A stretch of DNA of 63,236 nucleotides, filler included, from Candidatus Rokuibacteriota bacterium (lineage in GTDB: Bacteria > JAUVQV01 > DATDCY01): the NCBI GenBank assembly GCA_031406795.1. It is 8 parts of 8 records of this genome, joined end to end, with 100 filler letters (N's around TTAATTAATTAA, not from the genome) between each part and the next. Parts side by side here need not be neighbours in the genome. Positions count along the whole stretch, not along the records: positions 7,301 to 17,657 come from JANOHV010000010.1; positions 17,758 to 21,787 come from JANOHV010000048.1; positions 21,888 to 50,712 come from JANOHV010000081.1; 5 more parts are not named here. The stretch is one strand, 5' to 3'. Positions 9,939 through 22,299 of this stretch are shown piece after piece. The notes under the pieces are model-generated. The model ran no database searches, was not told the origin of the DNA, and worked only from the letters and a program-made list of their open reading frames with translations. Position 1 is the stretch's first letter; each line of letters starts with the position of its first letter. The position numbers were made by a program, and so were the translations under genes.

Positions 9939-10533
9939 GGGGAGCTCCGCTCGCCGTGCCGGCCGCGGACTGCACGAGCGCCTCGTAAACGAATTCCCTG
10001 CCGCCCTCGTCGATCGCGCGCTCTTGCCGCCGCACCAGCCGCAGCCGGTGCAGACTGCCGAGTCGGGTGCTGGAGGCGGTGAGTTCGAGTTCGAGCAGGC
10101 CCACCATCTCCCGTGCGCTCATCCGGCGCCGCTCCGCCAGCAGCAGCAGTGTCTCGCGAAGGTGAGGCGTGATCGTGCCCAGGCAGTCCCAGGACCCGTC
10201 GGGGCGCACCAGCAGCGCGGGCAGCCGCTTTCTCTCGAGGGCGACGTGGATATTCTCCCGCTGCGATTCGCCCAGACCGGTCAGCCGCAGGTACTTCTCG
10301 CCATACTCGCCGGCGATCAACCGGGTCACCAGCTTCGCCAGACATTCGTCGGCGCAGGAGAAATCGATGATGCCGACCCCGGAGAAATCCAGGGTCATGA
10401 CGCTTCCCGCCGGAAGCGAACCGAGTTCGCGGGCGAAGGAGGCCCGCGCCGCCCGCCCGGTCTCGCGGGTCACCAGATGAACGACGTCTCCGGCGACGAG
10501 TTTTCTACAAGCCTCCCTGACGACCAGTTGCAC
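9931..10533 (-). CDS. STAS-like domain plus winged-helix protein
   Basis: LDFSGVGIIDFSCADECLAKL; C-terminal SAREMVGLLELELTASSTRLGSLHRLRLVRR. Confidence 0.75.
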   Translation of the reverse strand: MQLVVREACRKLVAGDVVHLVTRETGRAARASFARELGSLPAGSVMTLDFSGVGIIDFSCADECLAKLVTRLIAGEYGEKYLRLTGLGESQRENIHVALERKRLPALLVRPDGSWDCLGTITPHLRETLLLLAERRRMSAREMVGLLELELTASSTRLGSLHRLRLVRRQERAIDEGGREFVYEALVQSAAGTASGAPRG

Positions 10534-10660
10534 CTTGCCGGGCCCCCTTCAACTCGTTCAGCTGAAATCGATTGTACGGCAGCCTCCGCGCACAGGCAAT
10601 CCCTAATCATGCGCTCCTTTCTATTGAATTCCGCCGCCCCCTCTGCTAAGATCCGCAGTC

Positions 10661-11821
10661 ATGCTGAAAAAGTCGCTGCTTGTTCGTGCCGCATCCCTGT
10701 CCGGGTGCCTGATTTTCCTCGTTTTTTCGGCGCCGGCACCCGCCGCTGCGGCGGGCGTGTATTTCGTCAAGGCCGGCGATACGTTGAGTAGCATCTCGCG
10801 GGTCTTCGGCGTGAAGGTCGACAGCATCCGCGAGTTGAACCGCCTCCGGACCGACGATCTCTCGCCAGGTGACAAGCTTCGCCTCCCGGACGCCGCCCCA
10901 GCCCCAGCCCCGATCGCCGATGCTGCGCCGCGCCGCGGGGTGAGTTCCGAACGCGTTCTCCAGGCTGTCTGCCGGGAAGAGACCGTCTATCACACGGTGG
11001 CCAGGGGCGACACCCTGTCCTCGATCGCAAACCGTTTTTCCACGGAACTCGACCGCCTGCTGCAACTCAACGGGATGCGGAAGACCGCCCGCCTCTCGAT
11101 CGGTCAGAAGATCATCGTCCGAAAGAGCGGACCCCGCTCCCACACGGTCGCCCGCGGCGAGACGCTCTCCCGGATCGCCGCCCGCTACGGAGTCCCGGCC
11201 GGCGAGATCGCGCGCTTGAACAGACTCGAGAAGAGCAAGCTCGCCGTCGGACAACAACTGGTGATCGAGCCCTGTGATCCCTACGCGAGCGCCGGCAGCG
11301 CTCCACCCCCGCTCGACGGGCCGGATTCCGCCGGACTGACGGTCGGCGGCCCCGTCTCGACGAGCACCGCATCGGCGGCGCCCGGTGCTGCCGGGCGGAG
11401 TGTCGCCGCGCCCGCGGCGGCGATCGCCGAACGCGTGATCAACCTCGCGCGTACCATGCTCAATGTTCCCTATCGCTTCGGCGGCAGCACGCTGCGCGGC
11501 ATCGACTGCTCGGCCTATGTTCAGCGGGTTTTCGGGCTCATGGACGTCCGGATTCCCCGCACTGCCCGTGAGCAGTACTCGGTCGGGGCCCGCATCGACC
11601 GCGACGACATCCAGGTCGGCGACCTGATCTTCTTCCGGACCTACGCATCATTTCCTTCGCACGTCGGCATCTACCTCGGGGAGAATCTCTTCATCCACGC
11701 CTCGTCGATGGTGCGCAAGGTGGCCATCGACAGCCTTGACCTGCCCTACTACCGCAGGCGGTTCATCGGCGCCCGCCGGCTGGTCGTCGACGACGCGCCG
11801 GCCGTCGCTTCCACCCCCTGA
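10661..11821 (+). CDS. LysM (x3) / NlpC-P60 peptidoglycan endopeptidase
   Basis: Signal peptide; three GDTLSSI/GETLSRI LysM repeats; GIDCSAYVQ, HVGIYLG, FIHASS. Confidence 0.95.
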   Translation: MLKKSLLVRAASLSGCLIFLVFSAPAPAAAAGVYFVKAGDTLSSISRVFGVKVDSIRELNRLRTDDLSPGDKLRLPDAAPAPAPIADAAPRRGVSSERVLQAVCREETVYHTVARGDTLSSIANRFSTELDRLLQLNGMRKTARLSIGQKIIVRKSGPRSHTVARGETLSRIAARYGVPAGEIARLNRLEKSKLAVGQQLVIEPCDPYASAGSAPPPLDGPDSAGLTVGGPVSTSTASAAPGAAGRSVAAPAAAIAERVINLARTMLNVPYRFGGSTLRGIDCSAYVQRVFGLMDVRIPRTAREQYSVGARIDRDDIQVGDLIFFRTYASFPSHVGIYLGENLFIHASSMVRKVAIDSLDLPYYRRRFIGARRLVVDDAPAVASTP

Positions 11822-11920
11822 CCAGCTGCGGGCCGGGCCTTCTCCGCGGAGCCGCCCGACGGCCCGATTCGCCCTGGCAGCCAGCTCGTACCCCCCGCCT
11901 CCGGCGCCCCCCATCGTCCA

Positions 11921-11948
11921 TTGACATCGGCCTTGCCGCCGCTATCAT
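11921..11948 (+). promoter_or_regulatory. Sigma70-type promoter
   Basis: TTGACA-16 nt-TATCAT upstream of the polyprenyl synthetase. Confidence 0.6.
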
Positions 11949-11998
11949 TCTGCGGACACGACAGAGAACAACGACACGCTGACGAGGAAGGCTGCGAG

Positions 11999-13006
11999 AT
12001 GACGAGCGGAGCGGTTGCCGGGCAGACGGGAAACTACCAGGACCTCATGCTGCGCTTCGCTCCCGATCTCGCGGCCATCGAAGCGGCGATCGCGGACAAC
12101 CTCTCCTCGAGCAACGAACTTCTCGAAGCCATGGCGGCCCACGTGGTGAAGAGCGGCGGCAAGCGGCTGCGCCCGCTGCTGGTGATTCTCTCCTCCCGGC
12201 TGTGCGGCTACACCGGCGGCGACCACGTCTTGCTCGGCAACGTCGTCGAGTACCTCCACGCCGCGACCCTGCTGCACGACGATGTCCTCGACGACGCCGC
12301 GCTGCGACGCGGATCGCCCTCGGCCAACCGGGTCTGGGGCAATCACCTCGCGGTGCTCGGCGGCGATTTCCTCTACACGACCGCCTTCGACCTGCTCCTC
12401 TCCGCGGTTCCGCGGGAGATCATCCGCGTGCTTTGCCGCTGCTCGCTCGATATGATCGACGGCGAGGTTCTGCAACGGCGCTGGCGGAACCGGCCCGAGA
12501 TCTCCGAAGAGACCTACCTGGCCATCGTCGGCCGCAAGACGGCCAGCCTGATTTCGGGCTGCTGCCGCTCCGGCGCCCTGCTCGCCGGCGCCCCGCCCGC
12601 ACGGGTAGAGGCGCTCGGGCGATTCGGCACCAGCCTCGGCACCGCCTTCCAGGTCATCGACGACACGCTCGACTACCTCGCCGACCCGGGGCGTCTCGGC
12701 AAGGCGCTGGGGGGCGACCTCCGGCAGGGGACGGTGACCCTGCCGCTGATTCACCTGCTGCGCCGCGACGGCCTCGCCGCCGAACAGTCCCGGATCCGGG
12801 GACTCATCGAACGCGGCGAGGTGGACGACGCGGGCATCGCCGACATCGCCGCGCTGCTGCGCGAGCAGCGCTGCGGGGAGAGCGCCATGGCGCGCGCCCG
12901 GGAATTCGCCGCCGACGCCCGGCTGGCGATCGAGCCCCTTCGTGGCACGGAACTGCACGCCGCCCTCACTGCCGCCGCCGACTTCGTCATCGACCGCGAC
13001 CTGTAG
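11999..13006 (+). CDS. Polyprenyl diphosphate synthase (IspB-like)
   Basis: GGKRLRP, LLHDDVLD..LRRG, KTA, FQVIDD. Confidence 0.93.
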   Translation: MTSGAVAGQTGNYQDLMLRFAPDLAAIEAAIADNLSSSNELLEAMAAHVVKSGGKRLRPLLVILSSRLCGYTGGDHVLLGNVVEYLHAATLLHDDVLDDAALRRGSPSANRVWGNHLAVLGGDFLYTTAFDLLLSAVPREIIRVLCRCSLDMIDGEVLQRRWRNRPEISEETYLAIVGRKTASLISGCCRSGALLAGAPPARVEALGRFGTSLGTAFQVIDDTLDYLADPGRLGKALGGDLRQGTVTLPLIHLLRRDGLAAEQSRIRGLIERGEVDDAGIADIAALLREQRCGESAMARAREFAADARLAIEPLRGTELHAALTAAADFVIDRDL

Positions 13007-13019
13007 CCCGTCCCCGTCC

Positions 13020-13160
13020 GCCCGGGTCGTTTGGGAGGCCCTGACGCGCCCCGGCTGCGTTGCTCATCGCGATGCTTGTGCGGCGCACACCAGTGCGCCT
13101 CCGCGCACGCTCTTCGCTGCCTTGCCGGGACGCGCCAGGACGCTCCCAAACGACTCGGGC
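13020..13160 (+). repeat. Palindromic interspersed element family 1, copy A (141 bp)
   Basis: Terminal IR GCCCGGGTCGTTTGGGAG...CTCCCAAACGACTCGGGC; homologous to 22159-22299 and 31343-31484. Confidence 0.9.
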
Positions 13161-13227
13161 AGCCTATGCGCGGAACTTCAGGGCCAGTTCCGGGATTGTT
13201 GCCCTCGCTTCGCTGGGCAATGAACCA

Positions 13228-13421
13228 GCGAGGCGGCTGGGATTTCACTGAGGGAAGATGCGCGGAGCCGCCGTGAAGCCCGGCGCGGTGACCGGGGCGG
13301 TCCCGCAGGGACGAAGTCTCGTTGTTTGAGCCGCAGGCGAGTTACGAGACTTCGAGCACCGGGCACCGTGACGGGCAGGCGGCGCAGACGCACGACCGAA
13401 GGGAAATCCCCGCTGCCTCGC
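13228..13421. repeat. Nested-hairpin element family 2, copy A (~195 bp)
   Basis: Homologous to 16735-16930; core TGTTTGAGCCGCAGGCGAGTT. Confidence 0.9.
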
Positions 13422-13448
13422 GCACGGGAACGGCAGGGTCTCGTCCGA

Positions 13449-13778
13449 TCAGCGCACCGTCACGAGCGGGCGCAGGGCGTTTACCAGTTTCTCGCCGAAC
13501 CCCGGCACCAGCTTCAGGTCAACGACGGTGCGAAATGGACCGTGTGCCGTCCGGTGGGCGACGATCCTCGCCGCCAGCGCCGTACCGACGCCGGGGAGGG
13601 TTTCGAGGTCCGCGGCTGACGCGCTGTTGATGTCGAGTTGCAGCTCCAGGGTCGGGTCGTCGGGGACGGGGACCGCAATCGGTCGCTGCGCGGCATTGCG
13701 GCCCTGAACGACGGCGAACGCAAAGAGCGCGGCCGCCAGGACGATCAGGACCCGCTGCGCCGCCCCGCTCCCGGGCAC
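13449..13778 (-). CDS. ComEA-family helix-hairpin-helix DNA-binding protein
   Basis: N-terminal TM; DINSASAADLETLPGVG..LAARIV..R...GPF...DLKLVPGFG. Confidence 0.9.
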   Translation of the reverse strand: MPGSGAAQRVLIVLAAALFAFAVVQGRNAAQRPIAVPVPDDPTLELQLDINSASAADLETLPGVGTALAARIVAHRTAHGPFRTVVDLKLVPGFGEKLVNALRPLVTVR

Positions 13779-13782
13779 CCGG

Positions 13783-15372
13783 TCACCCCCCCGCGGACTG
13801 GTCCTTATGCAGCTTGTACTCGATCGCGTCGACGAGCGCCTGCCATGAAGCCTCGATGATGTTCGTCGAGACCCCCACGGTGCCCCAGCGTCCCTCGCTG
13901 TCGCCGGACTCGATCAGCACGCGTACCTGCGCCGCCGTGCCGGCCTCCGCGGTCAGCACCCGCACCTTGTAGTCGATCAGCTCCATCTGCTTGAGCGAGG
14001 GGTAAAAGCGGTACAACGCCTTGCGCAGCGCGGAGTCAAGCGCGTTCACCGGTCCCTTGCCCTCGGCGACCGTGTGCTCGGTCTTGCCGTCGACGATCAG
14101 CTTCACCGTCGCCTCCGAGATCGCCTCCTCGCGCTCCTTGCGCTTCTCGACGATCACGCGCGCCCCCTTGAACTCGAAGAAGCGCTGCTGCAGTCCGAGG
14201 GTGCGCTTCATCAGCAGCTCGAAGGAGGCCTCGGCCCCCTCGAACTGGAACCCGCGCGCCTCCAGTTCCTTCAGGTGCGTCAGAATGGCGAGCGCCTTCG
14301 GGTCCTTCGACTTCAGGTCGATGCCGAACGAGGCGGCCTTGTGCAGCACGCTGGCGCTGCCGGAGTAGTCCGACACCAGGACGCGCTGGCGGTTGCCGAT
14401 CTGTTCCGGAGGCACGTGTTCGTAGGTCAGCGCGTTCTTGAGGATCGCACTGACGTGCACCCCGGCCTTGTGCGCGAATGCCGAGTCCCCCACATACGGT
14501 TGATGCTTGAAGTGGGGCATGTTCGCCAGTTCGGACACGAAGCGCGAGAGCTCCCGCAACCGCGGCAGATTTTCGGGGGGGACGCAGCGCAGACCGAGCT
14601 TGAGCTGGAGCGTCGGGACGATCGAACAGAGGTTGGCATTCCCGCAGCGCTCACCGTAGCCGTTGATCGTACCGTGCACCTGCGTACACCCGGCGGCCAC
14701 CGCCGCAACGCTGTTGGCGACGGCCATCTCGGCATCGTTGTGCACGTGAATGCCCAGCGCGGCGTGCGGCAGACGCCGGTGCACCAGGCGCACGATTTCC
14801 ACGAGTTCGGCGGTGACCATGCCGCCGTTGGTGTCGCACAGCACGATACAGTCGGCGCCGGCGCCGGCGGCCGCCTCGATCGTCGCCAACGCGAACTCCC
14901 GGTTCTGGCGGCAGCCGTCGAAGAAGTGCTCGGCGTCGTAGAAGACTTCCCGGACCTTGCCCTTGAGGAACGACACTGAGTCGGCGATCATCGCGAGATT
15001 CTCCTCCGGGGAGACTCGCAGCACGTCCCGGACGTGCAGATCCCAGCTCTTGCCGAAGATCGTCACCGCCGGGGTCCCCGCGGCCACGAGCGCCCGCAGC
15101 GTCTCGTCGTCGGCGGCCGCGCGCCGCGCGCGACGCGTCGAACCGAACGCGACCACCCGGGCCTGCTTCAGGCTCAGGCGCCGCACACGCTCGAAGTACT
15201 CGGAATCCTTCGGGTTCGCTCCCGGCCAGCCGCCTTCGATGTAGGGGACGCCGAACTCGTCGAGTTGCCGCGTGATGCGCAGCTTGTCCTCAACCGAGAA
15301 CGCGATGTCCTCGGCCTGGGCGCCGTCGCGCAGCGTCGTGTCGTAGATCTGGACGCGACGCTCCTGTTTCAC
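13783..15372 (-). CDS. cimA: Citramalate synthase
   Basis: [52 protein letters not shown]; follows lysC. Confidence 0.93.
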   Translation of the reverse strand: MKQERRVQIYDTTLRDGAQAEDIAFSVEDKLRITRQLDEFGVPYIEGGWPGANPKDSEYFERVRRLSLKQARVVAFGSTRRARRAAADDETLRALVAAGTPAVTIFGKSWDLHVRDVLRVSPEENLAMIADSVSFLKGKVREVFYDAEHFFDGCRQNREFALATIEAAAGAGADCIVLCDTNGGMVTAELVEIVRLVHRRLPHAALGIHVHNDAEMAVANSVAAVAAGCTQVHGTINGYGERCGNANLCSIVPTLQLKLGLRCVPPENLPRLRELSRFVSELANMPHFKHQPYVGDSAFAHKAGVHVSAILKNALTYEHVPPEQIGNRQRVLVSDYSGSASVLHKAASFGIDLKSKDPKALAILTHLKELEARGFQFEGAEASFELLMKRTLGLQQRFFEFKGARVIVEKRKEREEAISEATVKLIVDGKTEHTVAEGKGPVNALDSALRKALYRFYPSLKQMELIDYKVRVLTAEAGTAAQVRVLIESGDSEGRWGTVGVSTNIIEASWQALVDAIEYKLHKDQSAGG

Positions 15373-16610
15373 AGGTCGCGGTCCCCGGCCACGCTGCCGC
15401 TGCCAAGGGCGAAGGCCTCGTGCAGGATCCGGGTCGCGAGTTCGGCGTACTTCGACTCGATGAGGCAGGAGATCTTGATCTCCGAGGTGCCGATCGAGAG
15501 GATGTTGATCTTCTCCTCGGCCAGCGCCCGGAACATCTTCGCGGCGACGCCGGCGTGGCTGCGCATGCCCGTGCCGACGATCGAAATCTTGGCGAGGTTG
15601 TCGGCGGCGACGACGCCGTTCGCGCCGACCGCGGCGCACACCGGCGCGAGCGCCTCGCGCGTGCGCTCGCTGTCGCCCTTGAGCACCGTGAACGTGATGT
15701 CGGTGGTCCCCTCGCGGCTGACGTTCTGCACGATCAGGTCCACGAGAATGCCGGCCTCGGCTATCGCCTGGAAGATCTGCGCGGCGACGCCGGGGCGGTC
15801 GGGCGCCCCCTGGATCGTGATCTTGCTCTCATTCCTGCTCAGTGTCACGCCCGAGACGAGTACCTGTTCCATCGAGGGGTCCTCCTTGGTCACCATCGTG
15901 CCGGGGTTGTCGGTGAAGCTCGAGCAGACCCGGACCGGGACGTTGTAGTTGGCGGCGTACTCGACCGAGCGCGCCTGCAGCACCTTCGCGCCGAGCGAAG
16001 CCATCTCGAGCATCTCCTCGTAGGAGACCCGCGCGAGCAGCCGCGCGTCGGGCACCACGTTCGGGTCGGCGGTGTAGACCCCGTCGACGTCGGTGTAGAT
16101 GTCGCAGCAGTCGGCGTCGATGGCGGCGGCGAGCGCGACCGCCGTCAGGTCGGAACCGCCGCGTCCGAGCGTGGTGATCTCGTCCTCCGGCGTCACGCCC
16201 TGGAAGCCGGCGACCACCGCGACCTCGCCGGCGTCGAGCGCGGCGCGCACGCGATCGGCGGTGACGCTGCGGATCCGGGCGCGGGTGAAATCGGTGTCGG
16301 TCACGAAGCCGGCCTGCCACCCCGTGAACGACCGGGCGGGGCAGCCCAGGTCGCACAGCGCGATCGCCAGCAGCGCGATCGTCACCTGCTCGCCGGTGGC
16401 CACGAGCATGTCCTGCTCGCGCGCGTCGGGCCGCGAGGCGACTTCCTGCGAGAGCCGCAGCAGGCGGTCGGTCTCCCCGCTCATCGCCGAGACGACGACC
16501 GCGACCCGGTTGCCCTTCGCCTGAGCTCCCGCGACGAGGCGGGCGACGTTCTTGATCCGCTCGGCGGACCCGACCGAAGTGCCGCCGAACTTCTTGACGA
16601 TGAGTGCCAT
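15369..16610 (-). CDS. lysC: Aspartate kinase
   Basis: [23 protein letters not shown], two ACT domains, TSEIKIS. Confidence 0.97.
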   Translation of the reverse strand: MALIVKKFGGTSVGSAERIKNVARLVAGAQAKGNRVAVVVSAMSGETDRLLRLSQEVASRPDAREQDMLVATGEQVTIALLAIALCDLGCPARSFTGWQAGFVTDTDFTRARIRSVTADRVRAALDAGEVAVVAGFQGVTPEDEITTLGRGGSDLTAVALAAAIDADCCDIYTDVDGVYTADPNVVPDARLLARVSYEEMLEMASLGAKVLQARSVEYAANYNVPVRVCSSFTDNPGTMVTKEDPSMEQVLVSGVTLSRNESKITIQGAPDRPGVAAQIFQAIAEAGILVDLIVQNVSREGTTDITFTVLKGDSERTREALAPVCAAVGANGVVAADNLAKISIVGTGMRSHAGVAAKMFRALAEEKINILSIGTSEIKISCLIESKYAELATRILHEAFALGSGSVAGDRDL

Positions 16611-16639
16611 GCGTTCCTCTCCTGAGAAATAGTCTCCGA

Positions 16640-16667
16640 ATTGTAGCGATTGCACGAAAGGTGTCAA
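16640..16667 (-). promoter_or_regulatory. Sigma70-type promoter for lysC-cimA
   Basis: Minus strand TTGACA-16 nt-TACAAT. Confidence 0.65.
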
Positions 16668-16734
16668 TCATCGTACCACCGTGATCCGGGCTGCCTGGGA
16701 ATCACCGCAGACGGGAATCGATTCCCGAACTGGA

Positions 16735-16930
16735 GGAGGGGCGGCAGGGGATGCCCTGAGGGAAGATGCGCGGAGCAGCCGATCAGCCCGAAGGGGTGAC
16801 CGGGGCGGTCCCGCAGGGACGCAGGCTCGTTGTCTGAGCCGAAGGCGAGTTACGAGCCCGCGAGGCCCGGGCACCGCTTCGGGCCGGCTGCGCAGACGCA
16901 CGACCGATGGGCATCCCCCGCCGCCCCTCC
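16735..16930. repeat. Nested-hairpin element family 2, copy B
   Basis: Homologous to 13228-13421 with compensatory stem changes. Confidence 0.9.
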
Positions 16931-16943
16931 GGAACGGTCGAGC

Positions 16944-17657
16944 CTAGTCGACGACCTCCGCATCCACGACCTCGGGGTCGCCGCCCGGTTTCTTTTTCCC
17001 GCCGCCCTTCCCCTTCGCCCGGGGCGCCGCCGCTTCGCTCCGCGTGAACGTCAGCGCCTCCGACCCCTTCTCCAGATGCGCGAGCACCGTGTCCCCGTCG
17101 CGGAACTCGCCGCCGAGGATGCCGCGCGAGAGCGGGTCGAAGACCAGCCGCTGCACCGCGCGCTTGAGGGGCCGCGCCCCGTAGGCCGGGTCGTAGCCGA
17201 CGTCGGCCAGGTGGTCCTTCGCGCCGTCGGAGAGCAGCAGCGTGATCTTGCGCTCCTCGAGCCGCTTGAGCAGCAACCCGACCTGGATCTCGACGATCCG
17301 CCGCAGGTGCTCCCGCCCGAGGGTATGGAAGATCACCGTCTCGTCGACCCGGTTCAGGAACTCCGGCCGGAACGCCTGCCGCAACTCCTCGGTGACGAGT
17401 GCCTTCATCCGCTCGTACTCGCTCTCGGGCATCCCCTGGATGTGCTGCGAGCCGATGTTCGAGGTCATCACGATCAGCGTGTTGCGGAAATCCACGTGGC
17501 GGCCCTGGCCGTCGGTCAGCCGCCCGTCGTCGAGCACCTGCAGCAGCACGTTGAAGACATCGGGGTGCGCCTTCTCGATCTCGTCGAAGAGAATCACGCA
17601 GTAGGGGCGCCGGCGCACCGCCTCGGTCAGCTGCCCGCCCTCCTCGTAGCCGACGTA
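16944..17657 (-). CDS. clpB: ATP-dependent chaperone ClpB, C-terminal part (5' truncated)
   Basis: [54 protein letters not shown]. Confidence 0.92.
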   Translation of the reverse strand, partial: YVGYEEGGQLTEAVRRRPYCVILFDEIEKAHPDVFNVLLQVLDDGRLTDGQGRHVDFRNTLIVMTSNIGSQHIQGMPESEYERMKALVTEELRQAFRPEFLNRVDETVIFHTLGREHLRRIVEIQVGLLLKRLEERKITLLLSDGAKDHLADVGYDPAYGARPLKRAVQRLVFDPLSRGILGGEFRDGDTVLAHLEKGSEALTFTRSEAAAPRAKGKGGGKKKPGGDPEVVDAEVVD

Positions 17658-17758
17658 NNNNNNNNNNNNNNNNNNNNNNNNNNNNNNNNNNNNNNNNNNN
17701 NTTAATTAATTAANNNNNNNNNNNNNNNNNNNNNNNNNNNNNNNNNNNNNNNNNNNNC

Positions 17759-18190
17759 GATGCCGCGCTGCTGCTGGGTGGCGACATCGGCGGCCTGCAG
17801 ACCGCGCTGGAAGCGTCGTACCGCCTGCCCTACGCCCTGGACCGCGCCAATTCCAACATTGAGCGCGTGCGCACCCAGCCGGCCGGCCTGTTCCTCACGC
17901 TGCGTCAGCACTACACGGTGCCCAAGCTGCCGGCGCCGCCGGTCCTCGCACCCGGCGCGCCGCCGCCCAACCCGGCCGCCCTGCCGAATCCGCCCGGCAC
18001 GGTGCCCGACGCGCGCAGCCTGTTCCTGGGCCAGACCTACACGCTGGCGCCGCTGCCCGCCGAGCCGATGAAAGCGCGTGCCGCCGACCCGCGCGTGGGC
18101 TACTTCGCCGTCTCTTTCGTCAACTTCGGCGACGACAACCAGGAAGGCCGCCGCACCCACATCATCGAACGCTGGCGGCTGGAGAAAAAG
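17759..18190 (+). CDS. Internal fragment of a DUF5117-type zinc metalloprotease-associated protein
   Basis: LPAEPMKARAADPRVGYF...IERWRLEKK; resemblance ends abruptly at ~18190. Confidence 0.7.
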
Positions 18191-19161
18191 TCGGCCCGCG
18201 CCCGCCGCTCCAGCAGCCGCGCGAGCGGTCCGAGGCTGCGCCGCGACCGGGCGGGCAACAGCAACCCCAGCGCGGGCAGCTCGAGCACGAAAACGTCGAG
18301 ATCGCGGGCGGGGCCGGTCAGCTCCTGCAGCCAGGCGAACTCGCGCGCGAAGCGGGACGTGGTCGCCGGCGGCAGGACGCCCTTGATCTGCCCGAGCGCC
18401 GAGCGGGTGCGCCGCACCGCGACGCGCAGGTCGTGGAGGAATTCGCTGTCGAGGTCGGTTTGAACGCCGTGCAGGTTCGCTTCCATCGTGCCGAGCAGGT
18501 GCAGCAGCAGCACGCGGGCGGCATCGCGTGCCGGCAACGAGCCGTCCAGCGGGACCCGGATCTTGCCCGAATAGTCGCGCGGCGAACGACCCAGGGGTTC
18601 GAGCACGGCTGCCACGCGGTCGGGGGGAGCCGCATCGGCATCAGGCCAGGCAGCGCACAGGGTGTCCACGGCGGCCGCGCGGGATCCGGGGGGGACGACC
18701 AGCACCGGCCGCAGCGGCAGCGACGGTTCCTCACCGGGGGGGGCCACGCGCGTGGCGACGAACACGAGCCGCGTGGCCGCGCGGCCGGGAGCGGCACGCA
18801 CGACGATCGGGGTCTCGGTTACCTCGGCGGCGGCGATCGCCAGCAGAGCGCGCGGATGAAGCACCGGCTCGAGTCGTTCGCGCAGCGCTCCCGCCGGGAG
18901 TTCGCCGGCGAACCGGATCGCCGGCCCGAGCTGACGCGCAAGCGGCGGGCCCCCGTCGATCGGGGAGAGCCGCAGCGACCCGCGGGCGCCCTCACCGATG
19001 CGCTCGAGCGCCCACCCGGCCCGGTGCAGCCGCCAGTCGAAGGTGTCGAGGAACGTGCGGCGGCTGGTGCTGTCCGCGCCCGCCGCGAGCGTGCCCGCCG
19101 GGGCGAGACGCTCCAGCAGTTCGGGAAGACCGAGTCCCGCCGGCAGCAGATACGACGGCAT
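18100..19161 (-). CDS. CHAD-domain (polyphosphate-binding) protein, apparently C-terminally truncated near 18190
   Basis: FLDTFDWRLH; DSEFLHDLRVAVRRTRSAL; LTGPARDLDVF; directly downstream of ppk1. Confidence 0.85.
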   Translation of the reverse strand: MPSYLLPAGLGLPELLERLAPAGTLAAGADSTSRRTFLDTFDWRLHRAGWALERIGEGARGSLRLSPIDGGPPLARQLGPAIRFAGELPAGALRERLEPVLHPRALLAIAAAEVTETPIVVRAAPGRAATRLVFVATRVAPPGEEPSLPLRPVLVVPPGSRAAAVDTLCAAWPDADAAPPDRVAAVLEPLGRSPRDYSGKIRVPLDGSLPARDAARVLLLHLLGTMEANLHGVQTDLDSEFLHDLRVAVRRTRSALGQIKGVLPPATTSRFAREFAWLQELTGPARDLDVFVLELPALGLLLPARSRRSLGPLARLLERRARADFFSSRQRSMMWVRRPSWLSSPKLTKETAK

Positions 19162-19174
19162 CTTGTCGGCTCGC

Positions 19175-21424
<2,250 letters not shown>

Positions 21425-21439
21425 CCGCCCCTCCGGGGT

Positions 21440-21567
21440 GGCAGACCGCTGAAAAAGGTCCATCTGCGGCGTTGCGCTCACCCCTCCTCACTGCGGCGTA
21501 CAACTCGTACGCCGCATTCGTCGGGTCTTCGCGCGCCTTGCACCTGAGCCTTCTTAAGCAGCCTGCC
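21440..21567. repeat. Palindromic element family 1b (128 bp, MITE-like)
   Basis: Imperfect IR GGCAGACCGCTGAAAAAGG...CCTTCTTAAGCAGCCTGCC; central GCGGCGTAC/GTACGCCGC hairpin; shares the GCGTTGC...GCCTTGC core with family 1. Confidence 0.8.
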
Positions 21568-21634
21568 CTTCCAACGGTTTCAACTTTCCCGTCATTGTAT
21601 ACCAAGGCGAGGCTGTGGCAAGGATGTGGTGAAG

Positions 21635-21787
21635 CCCCAAATCCGCGCGTAACGCGCGGATCAGTTGAGGCAGGCTTGCTGCCTGGTCTTGTTTTCTGGT
21701 CCTGTGGCTTATACCGGACCGTGCTGCTCGCTGCAAGCGTTGCTTGACCGCTGCCCCCCCCTGCTCTTCGTAAGCGAAATCAGGCTC
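21635..21787 (+). mobile_element. Diverged partial copy of MITE family 3 (cut by contig end)
   Basis: CCCAAATCCGCGCGTAACGCGCGGATCAG identical to the end at 36683; patchy internal similarity. Confidence 0.7.
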
Positions 21788-22158
21788 NNNNNNNNNNNNN
21801 NNNNNNNNNNNNNNNNNNNNNNNNNNNNNNNTTAATTAATTAANNNNNNNNNNNNNNNNNNNNNNNNNNNNNNNNNNNNNNNNNNNNCGAGGGGCTGACG
21901 CCATTATTGCTTTGCGCTGCTCCCGACTCAGCGGGCGGTTCGAAGATTTCTGGGAGCGACGCTCAAAATGCGCCGCGTGATCAATGCGGCCCCCGATGGT
22001 GCTCACTCAACAATCCTGTCGTGCACCCCCGGGCCAAACCGCCGGCGCGGCATGTATGCCCCGAGGACCGCAGGCTCAACGTCCTTGGCTGCCCGCGCGC
22101 AGTCACGCACGGAAGTTTTTCGACCTGGCAAGGCAGTCGCGCACTACGGAAACGTACT

Positions 22159-22299
22159 GCCCGGGTCGGCAGGGAGCGTCCTGATGCGTCCCGGCAAGGC
22201 GGCGCCGAGCGCGCGCGGAGGCGCACTGGTGTGCGCCGCACAAGCGACGCGAGAAGCAACGCCGCCGGGGCGCTTCAGGGCCTCCCTGCCGACCCGGGC
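22159..22299 (-). repeat. Palindromic element family 1, copy B
   Basis: Reverse-complement homologue of 13020-13160; abuts the fba stop codon. Confidence 0.9.

Noticed and set aside
16611-16930. Lysine riboswitch upstream of lysC
   Set aside because: The promoter-like motif lies only ~30 nt from the start, and the structured region further up is a family 2 repeat also found at 13228
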